Positions 9,261 through 17,964 of a stretch of 64,000 bases of DNA are shown piece after piece (within the stretch, counting starts at the first letter, position 1; the number at the start of each line of letters is the position of its first letter). The stretch is from an uncultured Verrucomicrobiae bacterium. Lineage in GTDB: Bacteria; Verrucomicrobiota; Verrucomicrobiia; Chthoniobacterales; UBA10450. A program made the translations under genes and the position numbers. The stretch covers positions 103,225 to 167,224 of the forward strand of contig CAWJNS010000005.1 of NCBI GenBank assembly GCA_963844275.1. The letters are read 5' to 3'. Below the pieces are notes generated by a model, which saw only the letters and a program-made list of their open reading frames with translations, ran no database searches and had not been told where the DNA came from.

Positions 9261-11669
9261 TTAGTCTTTCGGCGCGAGTCGAGTCACGATCTGCTCGAAT
9301 CGGGGATCGCTGCGCATCGGATCCCAATAGGGGTGCAGGCGGAGATTACCGTAGCTCCAAAAGCTCGGCACCCCGGTGGCGATCTCGAGTTGCTCCAGCG
9401 CCAGATCCTGCTCGCCGGTCCACGCGTAGATGATGGCGAGAAAACCGACGAGGAGGGGACCGTTCAACGCGTCTTTGGCGGTCGGCAGCAAATCGACCGC
9501 GCGCCGGCCTTCGCGAATCGCGTCGTCTTTCCGCCCGAGCATGGCATCGGCCAGCGCCAGCACGCAGACCGCGCCGGCATTATCCGGCGCCTGTTCGATG
9601 AGGTGCGCGGTCTCGTCCCGCGCCTGGGCGAACGCCTGTTGGGCTGCCTCTTTGTCGTTACGCAAGCGCGCGGCCCATCCTTCGCACCAGCTGGCGGGAA
9701 ACGGCAGCGCTTCCGTCTGGCAGCCTCCGTCGCGCGCATCCGCCAGCGCCCTGGCCGCTGCGGACGGGTCCCGCTTGAGGAGCGCAAGATCGATGCGGTG
9801 ATCGACGATCTTGCGCGCGCTCTCCGGGTCTTCCGCCAGGGCCGCCTCCACCACGGCATGGAGGCGGGCCGTGTCCGCGCGCCAGTCCACGTCCACCGCC
9901 GCTCGTTGCGCGCGCGCGACGATGTCGCCCGGGGAGAGGCGAACGACACGATCGAGCACCTGCGCCATCTCGGGGAATCGGCGCTGGTTAAAATAGGTCA
10001 ACGCAATCTGTTGCAGGATGTAGCGGTTGTTCGGATCCAGCTCGAGCGCGAGTTGCAGGTTGCGCGTCGATTCTTCCCACCGGCCCTGACGGCGATCGAG
10101 GTATCCTCGGACCAGTGGGATGGTCGGGTCGTTAGGCAAGGCGCCTTCCGCGAGGGCCAGTTCCGCCCGCGCCATCTCGTAATCGCCCTGCCCCCAGTAG
10201 AGATGCTTGGCACGGGCAAGGTGCGCTTCGCCGGAAGCGGGCTGCAGTTGTTCGACCTTGCGAATGGCTGCCTCCGCGGCCGTCAGACGCGCCGGCGTGG
10301 GGTCAAAGCGCAGGTAAAGCTGATCGTGCGCGTGGGCCAGCTGGTAGAAGGCGAGCATGAATTTCGGATCGAACTCGCCGGCCTTGGTGAGCAACTCGAC
10401 CGCGCGCAGCAGGTCTTCCCGGGCGGTGGCGCTGAAGACGGCGGCGTCGATCAGATCCTTCGCCTCCACGTAAAGATCATGGGCCACGACGTTCTCCGTC
10501 GATTGCCTTTGGATCGCAGCCCGTTCCTTGGGTGAGAGCCGAATGCGCAACTGGGCGGTGATTTGCCGCGCGATCTGGGTTTGAATCGCCAGCGAGTCGT
10601 TCAATTTCTCATCATAGCTGTCCGCCCAGATGGTGGTGTCTGTCGCCGCCTCGACCAGCTGCGCCCGGACCCGGACGGAAGGGCCCATGCGCTGCACGCT
10701 GCCTTGGAGAACGTGTGTGACGCGCAGGTCCTTCGCGATGTCGCGGAGGTTGCGCTGGAGGTTGGCGGCATATTGCATCGCCGAGGTTCGGTTGATGACC
10801 TTGAGCCCGCTGATGCGCGACAGATAAGTGAGGATGTCGTCCTGCACGCCGTTCGCGAAAATCGTGTTAGTCGGGCCCTCGCTGACGTCGGCAAACGGCA
10901 GCACCGCCAGGCTGTAGCCGGTGGGCCCCGGGCGCAGAAACCACCACGCTGCGAGCGCCAGCGCCGCGACGAGGAGCGCCCCGACGGCCACGGTTCTCCG
11001 CCGGGCCGCCGGCCGCCGCTGCAATCTCGCGGCCGCCCCTGCGTCCGCATCCTGCTGCGCATGTTGCTGCTGCACCTTCTGCGGCAGGGTCGGATTACCG
11101 ACATTGTCTTTGCACAAGTTGAAGAGGTGAATTCGCAGCCCGTGCTTCACCTCGCACTCGCCGATGTCGCGCAGGTAGGGGTGCCACTGGCGATAGGAAC
11201 TGAGGTCCTCCGCCACGCGTTTCGACACGAGAATGTGCCCCGCGTCGGCGCAATCCAGCACCCGCTGCGCAACGTTAATGCCAGCGCCGGCGAAATTGGC
11301 GCGGTCGTTGACATCGGATACCTCCTTGATGGGGCCACTGTGCACCCCCATTCGCAGGAGCAGGTGCGGGAACTCCTGCGCCGCCGAGCTGATTTCGAGG
11401 GCGCATTGGACCGGCGCCTCCGGGCTGTCGAAGAACAGGAGTGCCATCCCATCGCCAGTCGGCAGGCGCGTGAGCTGGCCGCTGGCTTCGGCGTCCCGGA
11501 AGCGGGTGGCGTTGCGCACCACCTGGTTGAGCTGTTGCAGCACCTCGATCTGCTCGTTCACGAGCAGTTTGGAGTAACTCACGACGTCGATCAGCAGGAC
11601 GTGAGCGATCTCCGGCTTCAGATCGGCCCCGTTGTCAGTAGTTGTCTGCAAGGGATTTCCTCCAGCCAA
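9261..11669 (-). CDS. class III adenylate/guanylate cyclase domain - TM - TolB-like periplasmic domain - TPR repeat protein
   Basis: Intact 802-aa ORF. The cyclase-like N-terminus has LIDVVSYS, PTGDGMALLF, RMGVHSG and INVAQRV. One TM segment follows, then LAVLPFADVS...VLQGSVQR (TolB_N-like) and a long TPR region. Confidence 0.8.
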   Translation of the reverse strand: MAGGNPLQTTTDNGADLKPEIAHVLLIDVVSYSKLLVNEQIEVLQQLNQVVRNATRFRDAEASGQLTRLPTGDGMALLFFDSPEAPVQCALEISSAAQEFPHLLLRMGVHSGPIKEVSDVNDRANFAGAGINVAQRVLDCADAGHILVSKRVAEDLSSYRQWHPYLRDIGECEVKHGLRIHLFNLCKDNVGNPTLPQKVQQQHAQQDADAGAAARLQRRPAARRRTVAVGALLVAALALAAWWFLRPGPTGYSLAVLPFADVSEGPTNTIFANGVQDDILTYLSRISGLKVINRTSAMQYAANLQRNLRDIAKDLRVTHVLQGSVQRMGPSVRVRAQLVEAATDTTIWADSYDEKLNDSLAIQTQIARQITAQLRIRLSPKERAAIQRQSTENVVAHDLYVEAKDLIDAAVFSATAREDLLRAVELLTKAGEFDPKFMLAFYQLAHAHDQLYLRFDPTPARLTAAEAAIRKVEQLQPASGEAHLARAKHLYWGQGDYEMARAELALAEGALPNDPTIPLVRGYLDRRQGRWEESTRNLQLALELDPNNRYILQQIALTYFNQRRFPEMAQVLDRVVRLSPGDIVARAQRAAVDVDWRADTARLHAVVEAALAEDPESARKIVDHRIDLALLKRDPSAAARALADARDGGCQTEALPFPASWCEGWAARLRNDKEAAQQAFAQARDETAHLIEQAPDNAGAVCVLALADAMLGRKDDAIREGRRAVDLLPTAKDALNGPLLVGFLAIIYAWTGEQDLALEQLEIATGVPSFWSYGNLRLHPYWDPMRSDPRFEQIVTRLAPKD

Positions 11670-11722
11670 CCAATCGTCTCAAGCCGTTAGACTGCCGTCG
11701 AGCCGAAAGAAAGCCGGGCGAC

Positions 11723-12655
11723 TCACGCGGGAACCGCGTCCGCGCCCTCGGCTACCGATTGGCGAGGAACGCCCTGAGCAGGACCAAACGCGGCGACGTT
11801 CATCACGATCATGACTACCGCGAAGAGAGGCATCCCCATTGCAAACCCGATGCCGAAGTGCATCAAACAGATCAACCCCAGCCAGAGAAGCCGCGTCTGC
11901 CGCGGCCAGATCAGGACCGGATAGCAGAGCTCGATCAGCCAGACGCTGATGCCAAGAGCCGGGAGCAGCGCTTTCCAGCTAACCACGACGTCCAGGGGAA
12001 GCACATCAAAGGGTGCCCGAGTGAGCGCCCGCCAGAGATTCTCCCCGTTCCACCAGCCGCTTCCCAGCGCTTTCGTCAACCCGCCAAAGAAATAGATGAT
12101 GCAGAGATGTAACTGCAGCACGCGCCGGAAGAAGCCCAGCAAGTCTGCGCTCCGCCCACGGTTCTTCCAAATCCAACGGTCCAGGGTCCACCGATCCGGC
12201 AATGGCGCGAGCATGAGGTAAAACAATCCAATCGTCATAAAGTTATCGAGACCGTAGGAGACGAGCCCGCCGCTCTTCGAGACACAGAGGTGCAGCAACC
12301 AGCAAGTCACCGACGCCGCGCGACTGCAGAGGCCGGTCAAGAGAAGCAGCCCCGCGAAGAGGAGAGCCAACCAAAGGAGGGAGAGCGTGGTTTCCTCGCG
12401 CAGACCGAGATGTTGCGCGGCATCGATGAACCAGCCGAGCCGCGGAATGAATGGACTCTGCAGCCTGGTGAATGCTTCCGAAACTTCGCGCCCGATCAAG
12501 CCCCCGCCGCTCTTTGCCAGCAAGGAACTCCAGCTGTCCTGCAAGGAAATGCAATACGCGATCACCTCCACCCCGAGGCCGACGCGCAGAAAAGCGAGCC
12601 AGGCGTCTGTCTCGTTGGCAAAAAAGAATGCGGCAATCCGCGGGCGCCAGCGCAT
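11723..12655 (-). CDS. HTTM-domain (vitamin-K carboxylase-like/SdpB-like) integral membrane protein
   Basis: 310-aa polytopic ORF. The N-terminal pattern (AWLAFLRVGLG...) and its length fit the HTTM family. The assignment comes from recall of the family, not from a search. Confidence 0.6.
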   Translation of the reverse strand: MRWRPRIAAFFFANETDAWLAFLRVGLGVEVIAYCISLQDSWSSLLAKSGGGLIGREVSEAFTRLQSPFIPRLGWFIDAAQHLGLREETTLSLLWLALLFAGLLLLTGLCSRAASVTCWLLHLCVSKSGGLVSYGLDNFMTIGLFYLMLAPLPDRWTLDRWIWKNRGRSADLLGFFRRVLQLHLCIIYFFGGLTKALGSGWWNGENLWRALTRAPFDVLPLDVVVSWKALLPALGISVWLIELCYPVLIWPRQTRLLWLGLICLMHFGIGFAMGMPLFAVVMIVMNVAAFGPAQGVPRQSVAEGADAVPA

Positions 12656-12658
12656 CCT

Positions 12659-13258
12659 TTATCTCTCGATCAGCTGTCCCGTGGTCTCACGGGTAAAGGT
12701 GTAGCCATAGGCGAGCTCAAAGCCCGGCTCGAAAGCGGAGCCCGCTTCCGCCAGTTTCGCCTGCCGGATTCTCTCCACCGTCACGTCGAGGCGGACCGCG
12801 GCAGGATGCTCAGCAAGCAGAGACTTCCCCATCAGTTGAAACATGATGTCCCGCACATCGCCCGCGGGTCGCCGCCCGACCGCATCCAGAAAGCTCGCCA
12901 GCCGCACACCAGTTTCGCCCCGACGCGGTGAAAGAACCCCTCGCTCGACGGTACCGTCTTTGTCCAAAAGCTCGATCGTGAGTCGGTAAGCCGGCGGAAT
13001 ATTCGGCGCAAAGTAGCCGTAGCCAGCTTCGATCCCGGCGAGGTGGAGATAGGTGAGCGCGACGGGTCGGAGGGCATTTCGACTTTCGCCAGCAGCGGGG
13101 GCCGGCGCGGCCGACGTTGCTGGCCGCGCGGGCAGGATCGTAAGCCCGTCTTGAATTAAACGGCCGGTTCCCAGCAGACATACCGTCAGGAGCGCCGCGA
13201 AATGCAGCGCTGCGGCCGACAGCACGGCTACCAGTCCCCAGGTCGCTGGTCGTGCCAC
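12659..13258 (-). CDS. hypothetical membrane-anchored protein, apparently co-transcribed with the HTTM gene
   Basis: 199-aa ORF with one N-terminal TM segment. It ends 4 nt before the HTTM gene start on the same strand. Confidence 0.5.
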   Translation of the reverse strand: MARPATWGLVAVLSAAALHFAALLTVCLLGTGRLIQDGLTILPARPATSAAPAPAAGESRNALRPVALTYLHLAGIEAGYGYFAPNIPPAYRLTIELLDKDGTVERGVLSPRRGETGVRLASFLDAVGRRPAGDVRDIMFQLMGKSLLAEHPAAVRLDVTVERIRQAKLAEAGSAFEPGFELAYGYTFTRETTGQLIER

Positions 13259-13268
13259 ATCGAGCTGC

Positions 13269-13700
13269 TTACGGACAATTCGGAAAAGTCGGGCACAGCT
13301 CGAGCGCCTCGAGGAAGTTCTTTCTATCGTTCGCGCCGGAATCCGCGGCGAACTCCACCATCTGACTTACGTGGATGGCGCCACGGTCCCATCCTGCGTC
13401 GCACGGAGTGATTGGATCCATCGTTGATTCAATCTTATGGCACCAATTCTCGCTCGGCCCATGGCCGATGAAAATGGTCTTGAAGGGGCCCTTCCTGTTG
13501 CCGAGCGCCGCGATATACTTGAATAGCCGCTGCGGGTCATCCGCGTTGGCCGGCAAAGTACGCATAACAATCTGCGTATTCTTGAAGATGATTGGCTCAA
13601 GAACAAACGGCTCGGGCTTACATGCCTGAATGAGGAGGATAAACACGCCGGTTATCAACACCGGCAATAACAGCCTGCGATAAATATCTGGGGAGTGCAT
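13269..13700 (-). CDS. hypothetical lipoprotein (lower-GC orphan)
   Basis: ATG at 13700 gives MHSPDIYRRLLLPVLITGVFILLIQAC with a lipobox. The longer ORF to 13859 runs into tRNA-Val and is rejected. GC is ~45-57% by hand count. Confidence 0.55.
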   Translation of the reverse strand: MHSPDIYRRLLLPVLITGVFILLIQACKPEPFVLEPIIFKNTQIVMRTLPANADDPQRLFKYIAALGNRKGPFKTIFIGHGPSENWCHKIESTMDPITPCDAGWDRGAIHVSQMVEFAADSGANDRKNFLEALELCPTFPNCP

Positions 13701-13801
13701 AACTCTGTTGTGGGAGAAGCATCTGCGGCTGCCAAGCACAAACTTCCCGGCTGCAGTCCGGGCTTCACGCCTGACAAGAGCGAAATTGTCCTTCCGGGCC
13801 G

Positions 13802-13873
13802 TGCGCGATGCAGGGTTCGAACCTGCGACTTCTTGCGTGTGAAGCAAGCGCTCTACCACTGAGCTAATCGCGC
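13802..13873 (-). tRNA. tRNA-Val (anticodon CAC)
   Basis: Manual fold: acceptor GCGCGAT/ATCGCGC, D-arm GCTC-AGTGGTA-GAGC, anticodon arm CTTGC-TTCACAC-GCAAG, T-arm GCAGG-TTCGAAC-CCTGC, discriminator A. CCA is not encoded. Confidence 0.9.
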
Positions 13874-13986
13874 GTGCCCGGTGACGGAACGCTGAAGATA
13901 AGGATCGTTCGCGCCGGCGCCAGAAAAATTGCGCGAGTGGATTCGTGGGGTTGCAGCGCGCTCGTGTCCAGCGTCAATTCCCGCAC

Positions 13987-14184
13987 GTGAAACAGAACAT
14001 CGATTCCACCGGACGCGCCGCGCGTGGCGGGATCGGCGTTCTCTTCCTCCTCGCCGGCGGTTGCCTGATTCCCGTGAACGGAGTTCTCGCAGCGCTCTTT
14101 GCCCTTGTGGGCCTCTTCGCGCTTTGGGAGGCCCTCAAGGGCTGGTGCGTGTTGCGTGCCTGCGGCATCAAGTTGCCATTCTAG
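13987..14184 (+). CDS. DUF2892 (YgaP-like) small membrane protein
   Basis: VKQNIDSTGRAARGGIGVLFLLAGG...LKGWCVLRACGIK matches the N-x-G-x-x-DR...G-x-C-P/x...GI pattern of DUF2892. An alternative start is at 13945. Confidence 0.65.
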   Translation: MKQNIDSTGRAARGGIGVLFLLAGGCLIPVNGVLAALFALVGLFALWEALKGWCVLRACGIKLPF

Positions 14185-14254
14185 CCGCGAGCCGCTCGTC
14201 GGTACGGCAAACTGCGGGCAGAGCACGCCCTGCCGCAGTTGTGCTGATGGATCG

Positions 14255-15055
14255 TTACCTACTGGTCCGGTGTGGCGGTCGGCGTGGCGTGGGCCTTTGC
14301 CTCCTCGCGCGACTCCGACCAAACTGCGAGTTTTGCTCGCCGGTCGTGCGCGTTGTCGCATCTCCCTGCTGATGACCGAACTCGGAATTGCCGCGCGCCG
14401 TTTGTTCATTCGCGTCATCGCGCGAATCCGTCGCTGCCGCCCCACGGGATGCGCTTCTGCCGCCCGAGCTTGACCGAAGCCGTTGTTTTGCGACCCAGTG
14501 GTGCGCGTGGTCTGCATCGCCCTGTCGGTGGCCGAAGTCTGAATTCCCGCGCGTCGTTTCGAGCGCGCGCAAGTCTGCGGAGTCACTGCTCGCGGTTGCA
14601 GACGCTTTTGCCGAGGCAGAACGTGCCTTGCCGAAAGCGTTGTTCTGCGATCCTGTCGTGCGCGTCGCCGGGTCACCCTGTTTGTGGCCAAACGCGGAGT
14701 TGCCGCGCGTGGCTTTTGTCACCCGCTGGCCATTTCGCGCGCGTTTCGCCTTTGCTTTAGCCGAGGCAGCCGCCTGCCGATCCGCGCGGGCGCGCGCTTT
14801 ATCTGCGCGGGTGTGGCCGAAGAACGAGTTACCCGAGCCCGTCTGCGGATTTCCGATCTGCGCGCGGCCGAACGCGGAGTTGCCCCCGCCAAATCCATGG
14901 GCGCCGCCGCGCATGCCCCCGCCCATTCCCATGCCGCCGCCCCCGCCACGACCACCGCCACCGCCACGACCTTGCGCGAGGGCGGTTGAAGTTGAGCCGA
15001 TTCCGACGCAGCACGCTGCGACAATTGCCAATCCTCGAGCTGTTTTGAGTAACAT
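14255..15055 (-). CDS. secreted Gly-rich tandem-repeat protein with GNSxFGH motifs (probable internal frame errors)
   Basis: Strong SD (GGGGAGG) lies 6 nt upstream of the ATG at 15055. A signal peptide is followed by a GRGGGGGRGGGGGMGMGGG tract and 5 GNSxFG motifs. Three motifs fall in 156-nt tandem units (anchors 14376, 14532, 14688). Part of one unit reads in the frame of ORF 13864..14691. Confidence 0.65.
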   Translation of the reverse strand: MLLKTARGLAIVAACCVGIGSTSTALAQGRGGGGGRGGGGGMGMGGGMRGGAHGFGGGNSAFGRAQIGNPQTGSGNSFFGHTRADKARARADRQAAASAKAKAKRARNGQRVTKATRGNSAFGHKQGDPATRTTGSQNNAFGKARSASAKASATASSDSADLRALETTRGNSDFGHRQGDADHAHHWVAKQRLRSSSGGRSASRGAAATDSRDDANEQTARGNSEFGHQQGDATTRTTGEQNSQFGRSRARRQRPTPRRPPHRTSR

Positions 15056-15281
15056 AATGTGCCTCCCCTATTCAGTTTAGGTGCGCCGCGGCGGTTTTGC
15101 CGCCGCGGCAATCCCGCCTCTCTCCCTCTTGGAACGAGCAAAATTCATACGAGAAGCGTGTGGAAACTGAATCGGCCGGCGTGCTTCCGCTGCGGGTATT
15201 AGCGGCCCCCTCCCTGCTGCTCCTTTCGACCCAAAACCGGCGACCAGCTTGCAGTTCAACCGGCGCGATTTATACAGACGC

Positions 15282-15728
15282 ATGTCCGAACACAAAGCCA
15301 CTCTTCGTTGGGAACGCGGCGACGCCGAATTCAGCTATCAAAAATATCCGCGCGATCATTCCTGGAGCTTTGACGGCGGTCACACCATGACCGGCACCGC
15401 GGCGCCGGCATATCTGGGTAATCCGGCGAATGTCGACCCGGAGGAAGCCTTCGTGGCCTCGCTCGCCAGCTGCCACATGCTCACTTTTCTGGCGATCGCC
15501 TGTAAGCAGAAGTTTATGCTCGACTCCTACGAGGACGAAGCGGTCGGTCACATGGAAAAGAACGCGCAGGGGAAGCTGGCGATCACGCGCGTGGAGCTGC
15601 ATCCGAAGATCACCTGGAGCGGCGAGCGCACTCCGACGGCGGAGGAGTTGGAGAAAATGCATCACGCCGCCCACGAGAATTGTTTCATCGCCAACTCGGT
15701 CACGACCCAGGTGACGGTGGCGAAGTAG
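15282..15728 (+). CDS. OsmC/Ohr family peroxiredoxin-like protein
   Basis: Starts MSEHKATLRWERG. Contains EEAFVASLASCHMLTF and HENCFIANS, with the two conserved Cys positions of the OsmC family. Confidence 0.8.
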   Translation: MSEHKATLRWERGDAEFSYQKYPRDHSWSFDGGHTMTGTAAPAYLGNPANVDPEEAFVASLASCHMLTFLAIACKQKFMLDSYEDEAVGHMEKNAQGKLAITRVELHPKITWSGERTPTAEELEKMHHAAHENCFIANSVTTQVTVAK

Positions 15729-15885
15729 TCGCCGCCATTGCGTCGACGAGATCGCACCTACTCTTGCCCCGTCGCACGTCGCGGCGATCCGTGCGCCACA
15801 GGATCGCCAGGAGCGCGAGGGCAATGACGTCGTAGAGGAGACCGAGAAGCCGGGCGTCGCGGTCCGCGCCGGATCGGGGTGTTCG

Positions 15886-16119
15886 TTAGACGCGATCGTC
15901 CACTCCGCGCACGCCCGATTCACTGGCGCAATACGCGCAGCAGAACATCCTCCCATCGGCTTCCGCACCGTGCCCGATGATGCGGCAGCCGCAGTGTTCG
16001 CATTTCGGCGCCAGCATATGGATCGCGCACTCGAAGCTGTCGAAGGTGTGTTCCCGTTCCCCCTGACGGATCGTGAACGCCTTGTCGTAGTCGTTGCCGC
16101 ACGTGTCGCATTTGGCCAT
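15886..16119 (-). CDS. small Cys-rich (9 Cys/77 aa) putative metal-binding protein
   Basis: MAKCDTCGNDYDKAF...FECAIHMLAPKCEHCGCRIIGHG...FCCAYCA. This belongs to a conserved small-protein family that I recall without an established function. Confidence 0.6.
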   Translation of the reverse strand: MAKCDTCGNDYDKAFTIRQGEREHTFDSFECAIHMLAPKCEHCGCRIIGHGAEADGRMFCCAYCASESGVRGVDDRV

Positions 16120-16251
16120 AAATAAGATCTCCTTCGTCTTAAAATCGCTGGCCAGGCGGTGATTGGCTGCAAATCAGCATCCGGATCGTTGCTCGACCTG
16201 GCGGGAGCGTGCGGTCCTTGCAATCGCGCTGCGCTCGCGTTTCCGCACCTC

Positions 16252-17874
16252 TTATTTTGGATTCGGCAGGGCCGGCACGGCGCGATAAAATCGCCGCTCG
16301 AACTGAGCCGCGTCTGCATCGACAAACTCCCAGACCTTGCCGGTGAAAGCATGCGTCTGCAGCGGCGTCCACGTCAGAAAATCCGTCGTGGCCTCCACCG
16401 TCACCGCTTGGCCGGGAGCGGCGTGGACATCGAAGCGCACCACACCGTTGTCGCGCGCCAGTGACGCCGCATCGATGCCCGGCGCCTGGGGCGCGGGCGT
16501 GACGACCAGCCGTTGCGCGGCATAAAGGTGGCGGCTGCGGCCGCCGTCGTGCAGCCGCGCGCAAACGGCGTAGCTCCCCGGGACCACCGCGGCACCGTTG
16601 ACGAATGCGGTCAGGCCATGGAGCAATACCGCGTTCGTTCCGCTTCGGGCGAGGGTCCGCTGCTCGACCGCGATTTCGTTTCCATTGTAGGGATTCGAAT
16701 CGGGATCGAGCAGGACAGTGAGATCGACCGTGCCGGAGGCGGTCGCGCCCGCCTGGTAACGCAGCGTGGCCTCGAACGATCCACCGGGCGGGATCGTGCC
16801 TGGACCCGTGAGCGCGAAACGAATTGGATTCGGCCACGCGCCCGTATTCGACGGCAACACGGTCCGATTCGCCGCCAGACCGCCGCCCAGATCCCAGTTC
16901 TTGTTAAACCCGTCGCTGACCCGGCCGTTGCCCGCGCCGGCCGGTTCGACATTGCTCAGACGATCACCGCCGCCAATCAGGCTGTAGAAAAAGCCCGACG
17001 CCGCGCCCGCCATCTCGGTTGTGGTCCACCACGCCGCGCGCTGGGTCGCGTTGATCGTGGCCTGGGTATCGTTCGTCGGCGTCGCCAGATCGATCGTGCC
17101 GTGATACCAGAGATGCACATCGCTGTGGCTCGACGAATAGCCGCCGCTCAAGTCCAGCAGTTTCCGGTTCCATGCGCCGAAAACAGCCTGCCCGTTCGGG
17201 ACAATGAGGCCGTCGCCCATTGTCTGCCAAAAATTGTCCGCGAAGAGCACGTTGGCCCAACTCGTCACCGCTGCGTCGCCGAATTGCGTGACCGGCCGCG
17301 GGTCGAGGGTTGTGACGTGGTCCACCCACACGCCCTGCGCGCCGAGCAGACGCGCCATCTCGGTGATGACCGATCCGCCGCGGCTGTGACCGACCAGATG
17401 CAATGGCAGCTCCGCCAGCGGTCGCCCGCCCAGATCCGCAATCAGATTCGTCGCCAGCAGGGCGTTAACCGCAGTCTGCGCGATCGTTGTCGTGGAAGGC
17501 CCGCCCAAGCCCGAGAGCGTCGACCAGTCCAGCTTGACCACGATTTCTCCTGAATCAGTGAGCAGCGGAGGTGTTCCGCCAATCCAGGTTGCGGCGGCGA
17601 CGTACTGACCCGAGCCGTTACGCGTGATCGAGATCTGGTAGCAACTGTAAGTGGCGCCGGGAAACCCCGGATAACCTCCGATCCTTCCCGCCATCGGGAT
17701 AATCCAGTCGGTGACGTTCGAGTTGAAGCCGTGAGTGATGATCGTCACACCGCCCCCACGGGCTGAGCCTGCCGAAAGGAGAGCGAGCAGGACGATCGCG
17801 AACAAGCGACGCCACCCCGGCGCGAATCGAGACGCGGAGTGACCCGAAGCAGAGTGCACGCGTTCCACGGTCAA
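16252..17874 (-). CDS. secreted alpha/beta-hydrolase (lipase/esterase-like) with C-terminal beta-rich domains
   Basis: Intact 540-aa ORF with a signal peptide and the nucleophile elbow LVGHSRGGS. Confidence 0.7.
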   Translation of the reverse strand: MTVERVHSASGHSASRFAPGWRRLFAIVLLALLSAGSARGGGVTIITHGFNSNVTDWIIPMAGRIGGYPGFPGATYSCYQISITRNGSGQYVAAATWIGGTPPLLTDSGEIVVKLDWSTLSGLGGPSTTTIAQTAVNALLATNLIADLGGRPLAELPLHLVGHSRGGSVITEMARLLGAQGVWVDHVTTLDPRPVTQFGDAAVTSWANVLFADNFWQTMGDGLIVPNGQAVFGAWNRKLLDLSGGYSSSHSDVHLWYHGTIDLATPTNDTQATINATQRAAWWTTTEMAGAASGFFYSLIGGGDRLSNVEPAGAGNGRVSDGFNKNWDLGGGLAANRTVLPSNTGAWPNPIRFALTGPGTIPPGGSFEATLRYQAGATASGTVDLTVLLDPDSNPYNGNEIAVEQRTLARSGTNAVLLHGLTAFVNGAAVVPGSYAVCARLHDGGRSRHLYAAQRLVVTPAPQAPGIDAASLARDNGVVRFDVHAAPGQAVTVEATTDFLTWTPLQTHAFTGKVWEFVDADAAQFERRFYRAVPALPNPK

Positions 17875-17964
17875 CGCCGGTTTGTACGCCGGGCGGGCGA
17901 GGCGAACCAGCAGTATCTTTCGCCGCCCAATGCACCGACCGCCGAAGCCAACACCGTCTTTCGG

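Noticed and set aside
13269-13859. The full 196-aa ORF, whose N-terminus reads ...VERLLHTQEVAGSNPA.
   Set aside because: That N-terminal stretch is the translation of tRNA-Val (the GGTTCGAA T-loop gives GSNP). The real CDS starts at the internal ATG at 13700. Likewise ORF 51774..52178 (+) merely reads through tRNA-Leu.
13864-14691. 275-aa minus-strand ORF between tRNA-Val and the repeat protein.
   Set aside because: It is a composite. Its upstream part is an alternative frame of the GNSxFGH repeat gene, and its downstream part is antisense to the DUF2892 gene. It has no independent support.
15085-15109. 10-bp GC hairpin (GCCGCGGCGG-TTTTG-CCGCCGCGGC) considered as a terminator.
   Set aside because: No U-tract follows it on either strand. 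It lies in a divergent promoter/5'-UTR region, 30 nt upstream of the repeat-protein start, with no gene ending there. At most it is a 5'-UTR structure, and that is unproven.
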